64,000 nt of DNA from an uncultured Hyphomicrobiales bacterium. GTDB taxonomy: Bacteria; Pseudomonadota; Alphaproteobacteria; Rhodospirillales; CAYFNC01. The stretch is from positions 2,338-66,337 of the forward strand of contig CAYFNC010000005.1 of assembly GCA_964344345.1 (NCBI GenBank), given 5' to 3'. Shown one piece after another: positions 1 through 9,847 of the stretch. The notes below the pieces were generated by a model that searched no databases, was not told the DNA's origin, and saw only the letters and a list, made by a program, of their open reading frames with translations. The number at the start of each line of letters is the position of its first letter. Within the stretch, counting starts at the first letter, position 1. The translations under genes and the position numbers were made by a program.

Positions 1-165
1 GAAAGGACATTGATCATCATCGCGCACAGGCTCAGCACCATCCGTAACTGCGACCGGATTTTTCTCCTCAAGGACGGCCGGTTGATCGGCGAGGGCGATT
101 TCGAAGAGCTTCGTGAAAAAAGCGCGGAATTCAACCGACTCGTCCGCTTGTCCGGATTTTCATGA
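1..165 (+). CDS. ABC transporter ATP-binding protein, C-terminal fragment (5' end outside window)
   Basis: Frame 1 is open from the window edge to TGA at 163-165. The translation ERTLIIIAHRLSTIRNCDRIFLLKDGRLIGEGDFEELREKSAEFNRLV is the H-loop and C-terminal end typical of MsbA-type ABC exporter ATPase domains. Confidence 0.7.
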   Translation, partial: ERTLIIIAHRLSTIRNCDRIFLLKDGRLIGEGDFEELREKSAEFNRLVRLSGFS

Positions 166-183
166 CGATGGCGGTTTCGTAAC

Positions 184-1062
184 GTGGTGAAGGTTCTCGT
201 CGTCGGTTACGGCTCCATCGGGCGTCGGCACGCCGAGGCGCTTGGGGCCATGGGGCATGACGTAGCGGTCGCCAGCCGCCGCGCCGACATCGGCCACGCG
301 CCGCGGTTCGGCTCCATCGCCGAGGGGCTGTCGGCCTTTGCGCCGGATTACGCGGTGGTGTGCACTCGCACCGCCGAGCATGGACGCGACCTGGAGGCCC
401 TCGCGGAATTCGACGGTCTGGTGACGACGGAAAAGCCCCTATTCGAACAATCGCGCCCAGCGCCTGAAACCCGGTCCAAGGGAGTTTTCGTCGGCTATCA
501 GCTCCGGTTCCACCCCCTGATCCAGGCGCTCCGCGAAGATTTGCGGGAACGGGAGGCCTTCTCCGCCCATTTCTACGTTGGCAGCCACCTGGCCGACTGG
601 CGGCCCGGGCGGGACTACCGCGAGGTCTATTCCGCGTCGAGGGCGCAAGGCGGCGGCGCGCTCCGCGACCTCAGCCATGAATTGGACCTGGCCGCGTGGC
701 TGTTCGGACGCTGGCGGCGCATGGCGGCGTTGGGGGGACGCGTCGGAAACCTGGAGATGGACAGCGATGACGCGTTCTCGATCCTGATGGAGACCGAGCG
801 CTGCCCGTTGGTCACCGTCCACATGAATTGCCTGGACCGGCCCGCTCGGCGCGAGATCGTGGTTCAGACCGACAAGGGGACCTTGTCCGCCAATCTGATC
901 CATGCGAACGTGGACCGCGACCAGCAGTTCATCGCCATGCACAAAGCGATCCTGGAGGGCGGCGGAGGCGACGCCTGCAGGCTCGACGAGGGCCTGTTCG
1001 TCGTAAAAACCATCGAGGCGGCGGAAAAAAGCTCAAGTGAAGGCGTATGGGTGACACGGTGA
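184..1062 (+). CDS. Gfo/Idh/MocA-family NAD(P)-dependent oxidoreductase
   Basis: GTG start. N-terminal Rossmann motif VLVVGYGSIGRRH. 292 aa. Overlaps the next gene, so it is part of the coupled operon. Confidence 0.75.
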   Translation: MVKVLVVGYGSIGRRHAEALGAMGHDVAVASRRADIGHAPRFGSIAEGLSAFAPDYAVVCTRTAEHGRDLEALAEFDGLVTTEKPLFEQSRPAPETRSKGVFVGYQLRFHPLIQALREDLREREAFSAHFYVGSHLADWRPGRDYREVYSASRAQGGGALRDLSHELDLAAWLFGRWRRMAALGGRVGNLEMDSDDAFSILMETERCPLVTVHMNCLDRPARREIVVQTDKGTLSANLIHANVDRDQQFIAMHKAILEGGGGDACRLDEGLFVVKTIEAAEKSSSEGVWVTR

Positions 1063-1763
1063 ATATCCTCTGCACCGTGCTCGCGCGCGGCGGCTCCAAA
1101 GGCGTTCCGGGCAAGAACCTGCGCGAGATCGCGGGAAAGCCGTTGATCGCCCATACTTTGGATCAAGCGCGGGCGTCGGGCTTGTTCGAGGCTATCGCCG
1201 TTAGCTCCGACAGCCGGGAGATCCTGGCCGCCGCCGAACGTTTCGGCGCCGACGTCCTGGTGAAGCGTCCCGACGAACTGGCGACCGACGGCGCGCCCAA
1301 GGGACCCGCCACCCGCCATTGCGTGGAGGAGGCGGAAAAGCGAACCGGCCGGCGCTTTGACTGCGTGGTCGATCTCGATTGCACCTCGCCGCTCCGCCTG
1401 TCGGAAGACATCGTCGGCGCGGTGGAGCTGTGGCGGACCAGCGGCGGGGCCAACGTGATCACCGGCGCGCCTGCTCGGCGCTCGCCCTATTTCAATCTTG
1501 TGGAGCGGGGCCCTGACGGGATCGCCAGACTGTCCAAGTCTCCGGACCGCCCCATCCACCGCCGCCAGGACGCGCCCGAATGCTTCGACATGAACGCGTC
1601 CATATACGTCTGGTCCCGCGACGCGTTCATGAAGAACCCGGACGCTCTCCAAGACGACACCCGCATATTCGTCATGCCAGAGGAGCGGTCCATCGATATC
1701 GACAGCGAACTGGACCTCGAATTCGTCTCGTATCTGATGCGCAAAAGAAGGGATGAAACATGA
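1047..1763 (+). CDS. Acylneuraminate (CMP-nonulosonic acid) cytidylyltransferase family protein
   Basis: NILCTVLARGGSKGVPGKNLREIAGKPLIAHT matches the CMP-NeuAc synthetase (CTP_transf_3) signature. An alternative GTG start at 1059 would give a GTGA overlap with the upstream stop. Confidence 0.85.
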   Translation: MGDTVNILCTVLARGGSKGVPGKNLREIAGKPLIAHTLDQARASGLFEAIAVSSDSREILAAAERFGADVLVKRPDELATDGAPKGPATRHCVEEAEKRTGRRFDCVVDLDCTSPLRLSEDIVGAVELWRTSGGANVITGAPARRSPYFNLVERGPDGIARLSKSPDRPIHRRQDAPECFDMNASIYVWSRDAFMKNPDALQDDTRIFVMPEERSIDIDSELDLEFVSYLMRKRRDET

Positions 1764-2572
1764 GCGCTCTGTTCGACCTGACGGGAAAGACCGCATTGGT
1801 CACGGGCGGGGCCGGGATCATTGGAAGCGCCGTTTGCCGAGCGCTGGCCGAGCACGGCGCGAACGTGGCCGTGGTCGACGTCAAGGGCGAGGCCGCCGAT
1901 GATCTGGCGCGCGCTTTGATCGCCGATCTGGACGCCAAGGCCGTCGGAATCCAAGCCGACGTTTCCGACCCCGGCTCGGTCGCCGCCATGGTGGACAAGG
2001 CCTGCGACGCGTTCGGCGCCGTCAACGCGCTCTTCAACAACGCCGCCTACAAGTCCAAGGACCTGAAACGATTCTTCCAGCCGTTCGAGGATTTCTCCCT
2101 CGACGTCTGGCGCGAGGTGGCGGCGGTCAACCTGGACGGCGTTTTCCTGGTCGCGCAGGCCGTGGGGCGACGCATGCGCGAGCAAGGCCGTGGCGGCAGC
2201 ATCATCCAGACCGCGTCAATATACGGCGTGGTCGCGCCGGACCAGAGAATCTACGAGGGATCGGAATACATGGACCTCGCCATCAACACGCCCGCGGTCT
2301 ACTCGGCGACCAAGGGGGCCGTGGTGGCGTTGACCAAGTATCTCGCGACCTATTGGGCCGACGCGGGCATCCGGGTCAACACCCTAACGCCGGGAGGGGT
2401 GGAAAGCGGGCAGAACGATGCGTTCGTGAAAAACTACGCCAGCCGCGTTCCCCTTGGCCGCATGGCGCGGGCGGAGGACATGGCGGGGGCGGCGGTCTAC
2501 CTCGCCTCCGACGCGTCCGCCTACGTCACCGGACAGAACCTGGTCGTGGACGGAGGCTGGACGGCTTGGTGA
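1760..2572 (+). CDS. Short-chain dehydrogenase/reductase (SDR)
   Basis: TGKTALVTGGAGIIGSA (TGxxxGxG) and YSATKGAV (YxxxK) motifs. ATGA overlap with the upstream gene. Confidence 0.9.
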   Translation: MSALFDLTGKTALVTGGAGIIGSAVCRALAEHGANVAVVDVKGEAADDLARALIADLDAKAVGIQADVSDPGSVAAMVDKACDAFGAVNALFNNAAYKSKDLKRFFQPFEDFSLDVWREVAAVNLDGVFLVAQAVGRRMREQGRGGSIIQTASIYGVVAPDQRIYEGSEYMDLAINTPAVYSATKGAVVALTKYLATYWADAGIRVNTLTPGGVESGQNDAFVKNYASRVPLGRMARAEDMAGAAVYLASDASAYVTGQNLVVDGGWTAW

Positions 2573-3777
2573 GAATCCACAAGGGCCATGTCCTGGGCGT
2601 CGCGGCGTTTCTTTCGGCGCCTGTCGCCGTGTTCGCGTCCAAGGCGCTGGCGGTTCTGTTCGTGGCCGCCGCCGTTTTCGCGCTAGGGGTCGAGCGCTGG
2701 CGCGCCGGCGCCTTTCCGAGACTAGCGCCGGGATGGGTCCTGATGATGGGCGCGGTGGTTCTGTGGGGCGCGGCGACTTGGGTCTGGGCGAACGACGCCG
2801 GACTCGCCATGGGTCAGACCCTGCGCCAGGCGGGGACGTTTCTGGCGGGATTGCTCCTGGTCGCCCTGGCCGCAAGCCAGTCGGACGAGGAGCGGGCTTT
2901 CTTCGACGCGGGCTTGGTGGCGGGAGTCGCGCTGGCCGTCGCGATCCTCGCCGTCGAAATCGCGACCGACGCCGTCATCAGCCGGACGGTTCGGCCGCTG
3001 TTCACGGTGAAGGCCGCCGAGCTTTATATCGCGGATTTCACCGCCAATCTGTATCGAACCGGGGCGGCGGTCACGGCCCTGATGCTCTGGCCCGCGCTGG
3101 CCGCGTTATGGGCGCGCGGGCGGAGGATCGGCGCCATCGTCCTGTTCGGGGCGGCGGCCGCGACGCTGGCCAACAGCCATAGCGGTTCCTCCATCCTGGC
3201 CTTGATGGCCGGAACCGGGGCGCTGTTCGCCGCCTTGGCCCTCGGCCGACGCGCGGCGGTCGTTTTTGGCGTGGTCTGCGTCCTGGCGGTCGCCCTGGCT
3301 CCGGCGGGCGCGAACATGGTGTCCGACATCCGGGCGTTCGAACGTCGTAATCCCGATCTGCCCTCGTCTCTGTATCCCCGCCTGTTCATATGGAAATCCG
3401 CCGCGGGGTTCATCGCCGAAACGCCGGCGCTGGGCCGGGGCCTGAACATGTCCAAGACCCTGTCGTCGCGGAAGGATATGGTCGAATATTCGTATTCCTA
3501 CAAGGACAAGACCGTGCGCAAGTTGGAGCCAATCCCGCTCCATCCCCACAACGTCGCCCTACAGGTCTGGCTGGAGTTGGGCGCGGTCGGGGCGGCCCTG
3601 CTGGCCATGGTTCTGGTCGGCTTGGTCCGGGCGGCGCGGGGGGCGTTCGATTACGCCGCCTTGTTTTCCGCCCTCGCCGTGGGTTTCGTGAGCTTCAGCG
3701 TCTGGGCGAGTTGGTGGCAAGGGTGCCTGTGGATGCTGGCGGCGTTCTCGGCCGGGGCCTGGAGAAAAGCCGAATGA
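2569..3777 (+). CDS. O-antigen ligase / Wzy_C-family polytopic membrane protein
   Basis: The track ORF 2353-3777 overlaps the SDR. GTG 2569 gives GTGA coupling. The protein has many hydrophobic helices, and LANSHSGSSILAL and HPHNVALQVWLELG resemble the Wzy_C periplasmic-loop motifs. Confidence 0.65.
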   Translation: MRIHKGHVLGVAAFLSAPVAVFASKALAVLFVAAAVFALGVERWRAGAFPRLAPGWVLMMGAVVLWGAATWVWANDAGLAMGQTLRQAGTFLAGLLLVALAASQSDEERAFFDAGLVAGVALAVAILAVEIATDAVISRTVRPLFTVKAAELYIADFTANLYRTGAAVTALMLWPALAALWARGRRIGAIVLFGAAAATLANSHSGSSILALMAGTGALFAALALGRRAAVVFGVVCVLAVALAPAGANMVSDIRAFERRNPDLPSSLYPRLFIWKSAAGFIAETPALGRGLNMSKTLSSRKDMVEYSYSYKDKTVRKLEPIPLHPHNVALQVWLELGAVGAALLAMVLVGLVRAARGAFDYAALFSALAVGFVSFSVWASWWQGCLWMLAAFSAGAWRKAE

Positions 3778-4790
3778 GGCGAGTGGCGCTTTCGGCGTGG
3801 GTCATCGGCTTTGCCGCCATGTTATGCCTGATCCAGGAATTCGCCGTGCGCTTGGCGCTGCCGGCCTACAACCCCGCGTTTCGACTGCAATTCATCCTGG
3901 GGAGCGCGGACCGTCCGATACTGGGCCCCCCGAATGAAACGCAACGGCAGATTTCCAATAAAGGCGATTACGATGTCGCCATTCGCTTCAATCGGTTCGG
4001 TCTCCGAGACGTCAAGAATCTGAACGCCGCCGAACCACGCGACTGGTTCGTCGTCGGAGACTCGTTCGTGATCGGCTGGGGCGTCGATGAGGATAAACGG
4101 TTCTCCAATGTCCTGGAAAGCCTGTCCGGCCGACCCGTTTACAATCTTTCATCGCCGGAAACGCTTCACGGCTATAAAAAGCTGATCGAATACGCCCGGC
4201 GGCAAGGGGCTCCCGTCGAACGCGTGGTGCTCGCCGTCAACATGGCGAACGACATCGACCATCCAAGCAAAGCCGAAAGTCCGGAAATAACCGCCACGCG
4301 GGATGAAGAGCCCTTTGATCTTCAATCGGTCAAAATGTTTTTGAAAAAGCACTCGGCGCTTTATTTCATCGCGACGTCCCTGGTCCATCGCGCGTCCTGG
4401 CTGGAAAGCGCGTTTAAAAAGATGAATCTGATCAAGGGGCTCGAGGAATTCCGTGAACGCAACTTCGATTCCGAAGACATTTCGTTCAGCGCCGACGCCG
4501 TGGAGGACATCGCCCGCATGGCGGAAACCCTGGTTGTCGTCATTCCCCATAGGGGACTCTGGCTGGGCCAGGGCCGCGAACGGGAAACGTCGCTTCATCA
4601 TGATTTCGTGGCGGCTTTGCGGCGGCGCGACATTCGGGTGTTGGATCTGAAACCCCTTTGGGAGGAGAATGGAGATCCCTTGGCTTGGCATTTCAGATTT
4701 GACGGCCATTGGAATCCCGAAGGCCACGCCAAGGCCGCCGCGAGAATCTTCGAGGAGCTGAAAACCATCCAAGCCGGCGGCGCGCGATGA
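3774..4790 (+). CDS. SGNH/GDSL-family hydrolase or acyltransferase with N-terminal membrane anchor
   Basis: ATGA overlap with the upstream stop. Hydrophobic N-terminus MRRVALSAWVIGFAAMLCLI. Block I FVVGDSFVIGWG (GDS) and block V FDGHWNPEGH (DxxH). Confidence 0.65.
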   Translation: MRRVALSAWVIGFAAMLCLIQEFAVRLALPAYNPAFRLQFILGSADRPILGPPNETQRQISNKGDYDVAIRFNRFGLRDVKNLNAAEPRDWFVVGDSFVIGWGVDEDKRFSNVLESLSGRPVYNLSSPETLHGYKKLIEYARRQGAPVERVVLAVNMANDIDHPSKAESPEITATRDEEPFDLQSVKMFLKKHSALYFIATSLVHRASWLESAFKKMNLIKGLEEFRERNFDSEDISFSADAVEDIARMAETLVVVIPHRGLWLGQGRERETSLHHDFVAALRRRDIRVLDLKPLWEENGDPLAWHFRFDGHWNPEGHAKAAARIFEELKTIQAGGAR

Positions 4791-6271
4791 TATTCAGCTC
4801 CGTGGAATTCCTGTTCGCATTCCTGCCTGTCACGTTCGCCGGGTTTTTCATTCTCGCCTCCTTTGGGACGTCCCACAGGCTAGCGGTTCTATGGCTTACG
4901 TTCGCCTCCCTGGTGTTCTACATGTGGTGGAACCCCTGGTACGTGATCTTGCTTCTGGGCTCGGTGGGCGGCAATTTCGCCCTGGGATGGATCATGGCGC
5001 GCCATCCCTCGAAGGTCCTTCTGGCATGCGGCGTCGCCGCCAATCTCGGGCTGCTGGGGTATTATAAATACACGAACTTCTTTTTGGATTTCGCGTCCCA
5101 GGCCTTGGGAGAGAGTCTGCGGGTGGAAGGCATCGTCCTGCCGCTTGCGATTTCCTTTTTCACGTTTCAGCAGATCGCTTATTTGTTCGACGTTCATCAG
5201 GGGAAGGCCAGAAGTTTCGATTTTGTCGATTACACCCTTTTCGTGACGTTCTTTCCCCAGCTCATTGCGGGGCCCATCGTCCATTACAGCGAAACCATTC
5301 CCCAGATCGAACGGGAATCCACCTTTCATATCAATTGGAGCAACATTCGCGTCGGGCTCGCGATCCTGACCATCGGCCTTTACAAGAAGCTGGTCTTCGC
5401 GGACGGCATGGAGCCCTATGCGACAGAGGTGTTCTCCACGGCCGCCGAAACCCCCCCCATGCTGCTCGAGGCGTGGGTGGGTTCGCTTGCATACACATTT
5501 CAAATCTATTTTGATTTCTCGGGATATTCGGACATGGCCATCGGCTTGGCGCGGCTTTTCGGCATCCGCCTGCCTATCAATTTCGATTCTCCGTACAAGG
5601 CGAACAGCATCATCGAGTTCTGGCGCAGATGGCATATCACCCTTTCCCGGTTTCTCAGGGACTATCTTTATATCCCGCTTGGCGGGAACCGGTTGGGGTC
5701 GTCGCGCCGATACGTCAATTTGATGGCGACGATGCTGTTGGGGGGGCTCTGGCACGGCGCGGCGTGGACCTTCGTGGTCTGGGGCGGCCTCCATGGTCTG
5801 TTCTTGATGGTGAACCATTATTGGAATTTCTTGAAGAGACCCCGGGAAAAGCCGGGCTTCGCCCAGCGCGCGTTCGGAAGGGCGCTAACGTTTCTGTGCG
5901 TCGTCATCGCGTGGGTCGTATTCCGAGCGGAGACGTTTCCCGAGGCGATCGCGGTGTTGAGCGGCATGGCGGGCCTGAACGGCGTGGAGACGCTCAGCCG
6001 GTTGCCCGCGGCCACGCCCTGGATCGGAGCGCTATTGGCCATCGTCTGGTTTGCCCCCAGCACCCAAGAATGGATGTCCAGATCCGGTCCCGCGCTTGGC
6101 TACGAGGTTTCGGAGCCCAAAATGGTCGGCATGGCCTTGGGCAAGGGAAGACTGTCGGGAATGCGTCGCGCCGCGGTTTGGCTGTGCCTTCTATCGCTGG
6201 GCGCCGTTAGCGCCTTGATCGCCTTCGAAAAAGGGACGGATCCCAGCACGTTCATCTATATGATTTTCTAG
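4787..6271 (+). CDS. MBOAT-family membrane O-acyltransferase (AlgI/DltB/PatA-like)
   Basis: MIFSSVEFLFAFLPV N-terminus. FWRRWHITLSRFLRDYLYIPLGGNR contains the conserved MBOAT His region. ATGA overlap with the SGNH gene. Confidence 0.9.
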   Translation: MIFSSVEFLFAFLPVTFAGFFILASFGTSHRLAVLWLTFASLVFYMWWNPWYVILLLGSVGGNFALGWIMARHPSKVLLACGVAANLGLLGYYKYTNFFLDFASQALGESLRVEGIVLPLAISFFTFQQIAYLFDVHQGKARSFDFVDYTLFVTFFPQLIAGPIVHYSETIPQIERESTFHINWSNIRVGLAILTIGLYKKLVFADGMEPYATEVFSTAAETPPMLLEAWVGSLAYTFQIYFDFSGYSDMAIGLARLFGIRLPINFDSPYKANSIIEFWRRWHITLSRFLRDYLYIPLGGNRLGSSRRYVNLMATMLLGGLWHGAAWTFVVWGGLHGLFLMVNHYWNFLKRPREKPGFAQRAFGRALTFLCVVIAWVVFRAETFPEAIAVLSGMAGLNGVETLSRLPAATPWIGALLAIVWFAPSTQEWMSRSGPALGYEVSEPKMVGMALGKGRLSGMRRAAVWLCLLSLGAVSALIAFEKGTDPSTFIYMIF

Positions 6272-6312
6272 GTCCCGATGATTAACGGGCCAAAAAGCTT
6301 CCGCAATCCCAC

Positions 6313-7962
6313 ATGATCGCCGCTCTCCGCCGCAAGGCCCGCCAAGTTTTGGACGACCCGACGCTCCGGCTATGGCTGGCGCGCCGCCTGTTGCGGTTGG
6401 AGCCGGGGCCGCCCGCGTTCCAGGCCCACAAGCCCCCCTACCTTCCCCGATACGATTGCGCCGCCCGGCCCCGGGGACTGGAGACCGTTGACGCGCCCGC
6501 GCCGGACGCGCCAATCGAACTGGCGCTTCCGGGCGAGACGGTCGTGGTCGCGCCGGACGCGCCGGGCGCCGTCTTCGAGCGCGGCTTCGCGGACACGGAG
6601 ACGCTTCTGGGGCTGCACCGTTTCGCCTGGCTGCCGTTGCGGCCCTTCGACGCCTCATGGACGTGCGCGCTCTGGCGGGCGTGGATGGACCGGTTCGCGG
6701 TTCCGGACCAAAGCTGGGCCTGGCACCCCTACACCGCCGCCGAGCGCGCCATCAATATTCTGGACCACGGCCCGCCCGGGCCGGAAGACCGGACCCTGGA
6801 GGTTCTCGCCGCCCACGGCCCCGCGATCATGGCGGGGTTGGAGTACTTCGGCGAGCATCACACGTCGAACCATTTGGCCAACGACGGGCGGGGCCTTTAC
6901 CTGCTTGGCCTCGCGCTCGGCATGGAGGACTGCGCGGAGGCGGGCGCGGCCATCATGCTGGAGGAGGCGAAGCGGATTTTCCTGCCGTCCGGGATGCTGC
7001 GGGAAGGCTCCAGCCACTACCATCTTCTACTCACCCGCCAGTACGCGTCCGCCTGGCTCGCCGCCCGCCGACACGGCCGGGGGGCCGAAGCCGGGGCGTT
7101 CGAGGACATTGTCCGGCGCGCCATGGCGGTCATTCCCGGCCTGGTTCTTCCGGGGGGCATGCCCTTGGTCGGCGACATCTCGCCCGACTGCCCGCCATCC
7201 CATCTGGCGGGCTTCCTGCCCCGGGGCGGGGGCGGCTGGACGGCGGGCCTGGACGACAAGGACCGCGCGCTGATCGAGGCCATGAAGGACCAGCCCCCGG
7301 TCCCGGCCGAGGGCTGGCTGCAATTCCGTTCGGGCCACTGGTCCGGGCTGTGGCGCGGCCCGCCCGAAGGCTGGTCCCACATGCCGGGCCACGGGCACCA
7401 GGACGTGGGGGGCTTCGAACTGCATTACGAGCAAGAGAGGGTGTTCGTCGATCCAGGACGCGGCGCATACGGGGAGGACGGCGATGCGGCGCTCTACCGC
7501 TCCGCCCGCGTCCACAATTCCGCCCTGGTGGACGGCCATGACCCCTATCCGCCCAACCGGCCCTATTACTCCGATGGGTTCCGGGCGCGGATCGGCGGGG
7601 CCGAGTTGGCCGCCGACGATGGCGTCACCCTGCGCCACGAGGGCTTCGGGCGATTGCGGGGCGTGGGCGCGCAGGTCAGGCGCTGGCGCTTCGAGAAAGA
7701 TCGCATGATTCTGACCGACCGCATCGAGGGGACCCGAGAGGCCACGGTCACCCGGACCTTGGTCACGCCCATGTTCGCAGAGTTCCATGACGGCGCGTTG
7801 ATGCTGGACGGGCGGTTTCGGATCGCCGCCGACGCGCCCTTGCGGTTGGAGCCCATGACCGTCTGGCACGCCTACGGCGAGGGCAGGACGGGAACCGCCA
7901 TCGTGATCGAGGATCGCGCGCGTTTGCCCTTCGAGGGAACCATAACGGTGGAGGTCGCCTGA
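6313..7962 (+). CDS. Heparinase II/III-like (alginate-lyase superfamily) protein
   Basis: C-terminal GHGHQDVGGFELHYEQERVFVDPGRGAYG and ARVHNSALVDG match the heparinase II/III family pattern. 549 aa. Confidence 0.65.
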   Translation: MIAALRRKARQVLDDPTLRLWLARRLLRLEPGPPAFQAHKPPYLPRYDCAARPRGLETVDAPAPDAPIELALPGETVVVAPDAPGAVFERGFADTETLLGLHRFAWLPLRPFDASWTCALWRAWMDRFAVPDQSWAWHPYTAAERAINILDHGPPGPEDRTLEVLAAHGPAIMAGLEYFGEHHTSNHLANDGRGLYLLGLALGMEDCAEAGAAIMLEEAKRIFLPSGMLREGSSHYHLLLTRQYASAWLAARRHGRGAEAGAFEDIVRRAMAVIPGLVLPGGMPLVGDISPDCPPSHLAGFLPRGGGGWTAGLDDKDRALIEAMKDQPPVPAEGWLQFRSGHWSGLWRGPPEGWSHMPGHGHQDVGGFELHYEQERVFVDPGRGAYGEDGDAALYRSARVHNSALVDGHDPYPPNRPYYSDGFRARIGGAELAADDGVTLRHEGFGRLRGVGAQVRRWRFEKDRMILTDRIEGTREATVTRTLVTPMFAEFHDGALMLDGRFRIAADAPLRLEPMTVWHAYGEGRTGTAIVIEDRARLPFEGTITVEVA

Positions 7963-7963
7963 C

Positions 7964-9847
7964 GTGTGCGGTCTTGCCGGAGTCTACTTCCCCCGCGACG
8001 GGATTCCCGTCGAGGCCGACCTGGAGGCCATGCTGGCCGTCATGCGCCATCGGGGACCCGACGGGGTCGGCAAGTTCGTCTCCGACGACCGCCGTTTCCA
8101 GATCGGTTTCGCGCGCCTCGCCATTATCGACCTGGAAACCGGCGACCAACCCATCGTCGAGGGCGGCGGGCGGCGCGTTCTGGCCGGGAACGGCGAGATC
8201 TACAATTACCGGGAGCTCCGCCGGGACCCCCGCGCCAAGGACTACGAATACCAGACCAACGGCGACATGGAGGTGGTCCTGCCGTTGGCGGACGCGATGG
8301 GCGAGGACTTTGTCCATGAACTCATGGGCATGTACGCCCTGGCGATGTGGGAGGCCGACGGCAACCGACTTCGCCTGATCCGCGACCGGCTGGGGATCAA
8401 GCCGCTTTACTGGGCGCGCGTCCAAGGCGGCGGGATCGTCTTCGCCTCCGAGATCAAGGCGCTGTTCGCCTCGGGCCTGGTCGCGCCCGCGATCGACCAG
8501 CGTTCGGTTTCGGCCTACCTGGGCCACGGCTACGTGCCCGCGCCGGACACGCTGTACGACGGGGTGCGGAAGCTTCCGCCCGCCCATACGCTGACCCTGA
8601 AAGACGACGGATCCATAGCGCTCAAGCGCTATTGGCGGCCCCACGGGGCCGACAATGTTCCCCAAGACCCGGACGGCGCGCGGGAGCATCTGACCGAGTT
8701 GCTGCGCGAAAGCGTCGGCCTGCACCTTCGCGCCGACGTGCCCACCGGGGCGCTGCTGTCGGGGGGGATCGATTCCGGGCTGGTGGTGGCGCTGGCGGCC
8801 GAAAGGATGGACGGCCCGCTTGAGACCTTCACCGTCGGGTTCGAGGGCGCGGCCGTGGACGAGACCCCGCTCGCCCGCCTGGTCGCCGAACGCTACGGAA
8901 CCCGCCACCACGAATTCCGCCTGTCCGCCGACAGCATCGCCGAACACATGCCCAAGCTGGTCTGGCATTCGGAAGAGCCCCTGTCCGACGCCTCCCTACT
9001 GCCCAACCACCTGATCGAACAAGTCCTGGCCGACCACGTGACCGTGGCCTTGAACGGGACCGGCGGGGACGAGTTGTTCGCTGGGTATGGACGCTATTTC
9101 CAACTGCCGGTCGAGGCGCGGTATTTAAAAATTCCCGAAGGCCTGCGCAAGGGCCTGATCGAGCCCATGGTCGCGCGCGTCTCGCCGATGACCGCTTGGA
9201 AGCTGCGGCGCGCCGAGAAATTCGACCGCGACCGAGGGGAGTACCTGCACGACCACTGCGCCTTCTTCCCCGGCCCAATGCGCAAGCTGATCGGCAATCG
9301 GCAAAAGCCGACGCCCCCGACGCAAACCCCATTCTGGGCCGAATTCCAGGGCCCGAACGACACGGCGGGACTGGCGTCCGAGATTTGCACCTACTTGCCC
9401 GAGGACCTGCTGCACCTTCTGGACCGCACCTCCATGGCCTGGAGCGTCGAGGGGCGAGTGCCGTTCCTGGACCACCGGCTGGTGGAGGCCGCCCTCGCCG
9501 TCCCGCCCGAGGTCCGCGCGCCGAACGGTCGGCAGAAGGGGTTGGAGCGGGCCATGGCCGAACCGTTCCTGCCGCCCGAGATCCTTTCCGCCCCCAAGCA
9601 GGGTTTCGCGTCGCCCGCGCCCGCGTGGTTCCGAGGACCGTTCGGGGCGCTCGCCCGGCGGATATTGATGACGCCCCGGGCGTTGGAGCGAGGCTGGTGG
9701 ACGGCCCAGGGGATCGACCGACTGTTCGCGGACACGGACAAGCACGCGTTCCGCCTCTACGCCCTGTTGAAACTGGAGATGTGCGCGCGCATCCATGTGG
9801 AGGGCGTGGCGCCCACGGAGCTGGAGGCCTTCGCCGATGGCGCCTGA
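7964..9847 (+). CDS. Asparagine synthase (glutamine-hydrolysing) family amidotransferase, paralog 1
   Basis: GTG start one nt after the upstream stop. N-terminal nucleophile (M/V)CGLAG. SGGIDS PP-loop motif (LLSGGIDSGLVVAL). 627 aa. Confidence 0.9.
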   Translation: MCGLAGVYFPRDGIPVEADLEAMLAVMRHRGPDGVGKFVSDDRRFQIGFARLAIIDLETGDQPIVEGGGRRVLAGNGEIYNYRELRRDPRAKDYEYQTNGDMEVVLPLADAMGEDFVHELMGMYALAMWEADGNRLRLIRDRLGIKPLYWARVQGGGIVFASEIKALFASGLVAPAIDQRSVSAYLGHGYVPAPDTLYDGVRKLPPAHTLTLKDDGSIALKRYWRPHGADNVPQDPDGAREHLTELLRESVGLHLRADVPTGALLSGGIDSGLVVALAAERMDGPLETFTVGFEGAAVDETPLARLVAERYGTRHHEFRLSADSIAEHMPKLVWHSEEPLSDASLLPNHLIEQVLADHVTVALNGTGGDELFAGYGRYFQLPVEARYLKIPEGLRKGLIEPMVARVSPMTAWKLRRAEKFDRDRGEYLHDHCAFFPGPMRKLIGNRQKPTPPTQTPFWAEFQGPNDTAGLASEICTYLPEDLLHLLDRTSMAWSVEGRVPFLDHRLVEAALAVPPEVRAPNGRQKGLERAMAEPFLPPEILSAPKQGFASPAPAWFRGPFGALARRILMTPRALERGWWTAQGIDRLFADTDKHAFRLYALLKLEMCARIHVEGVAPTELEAFADGA

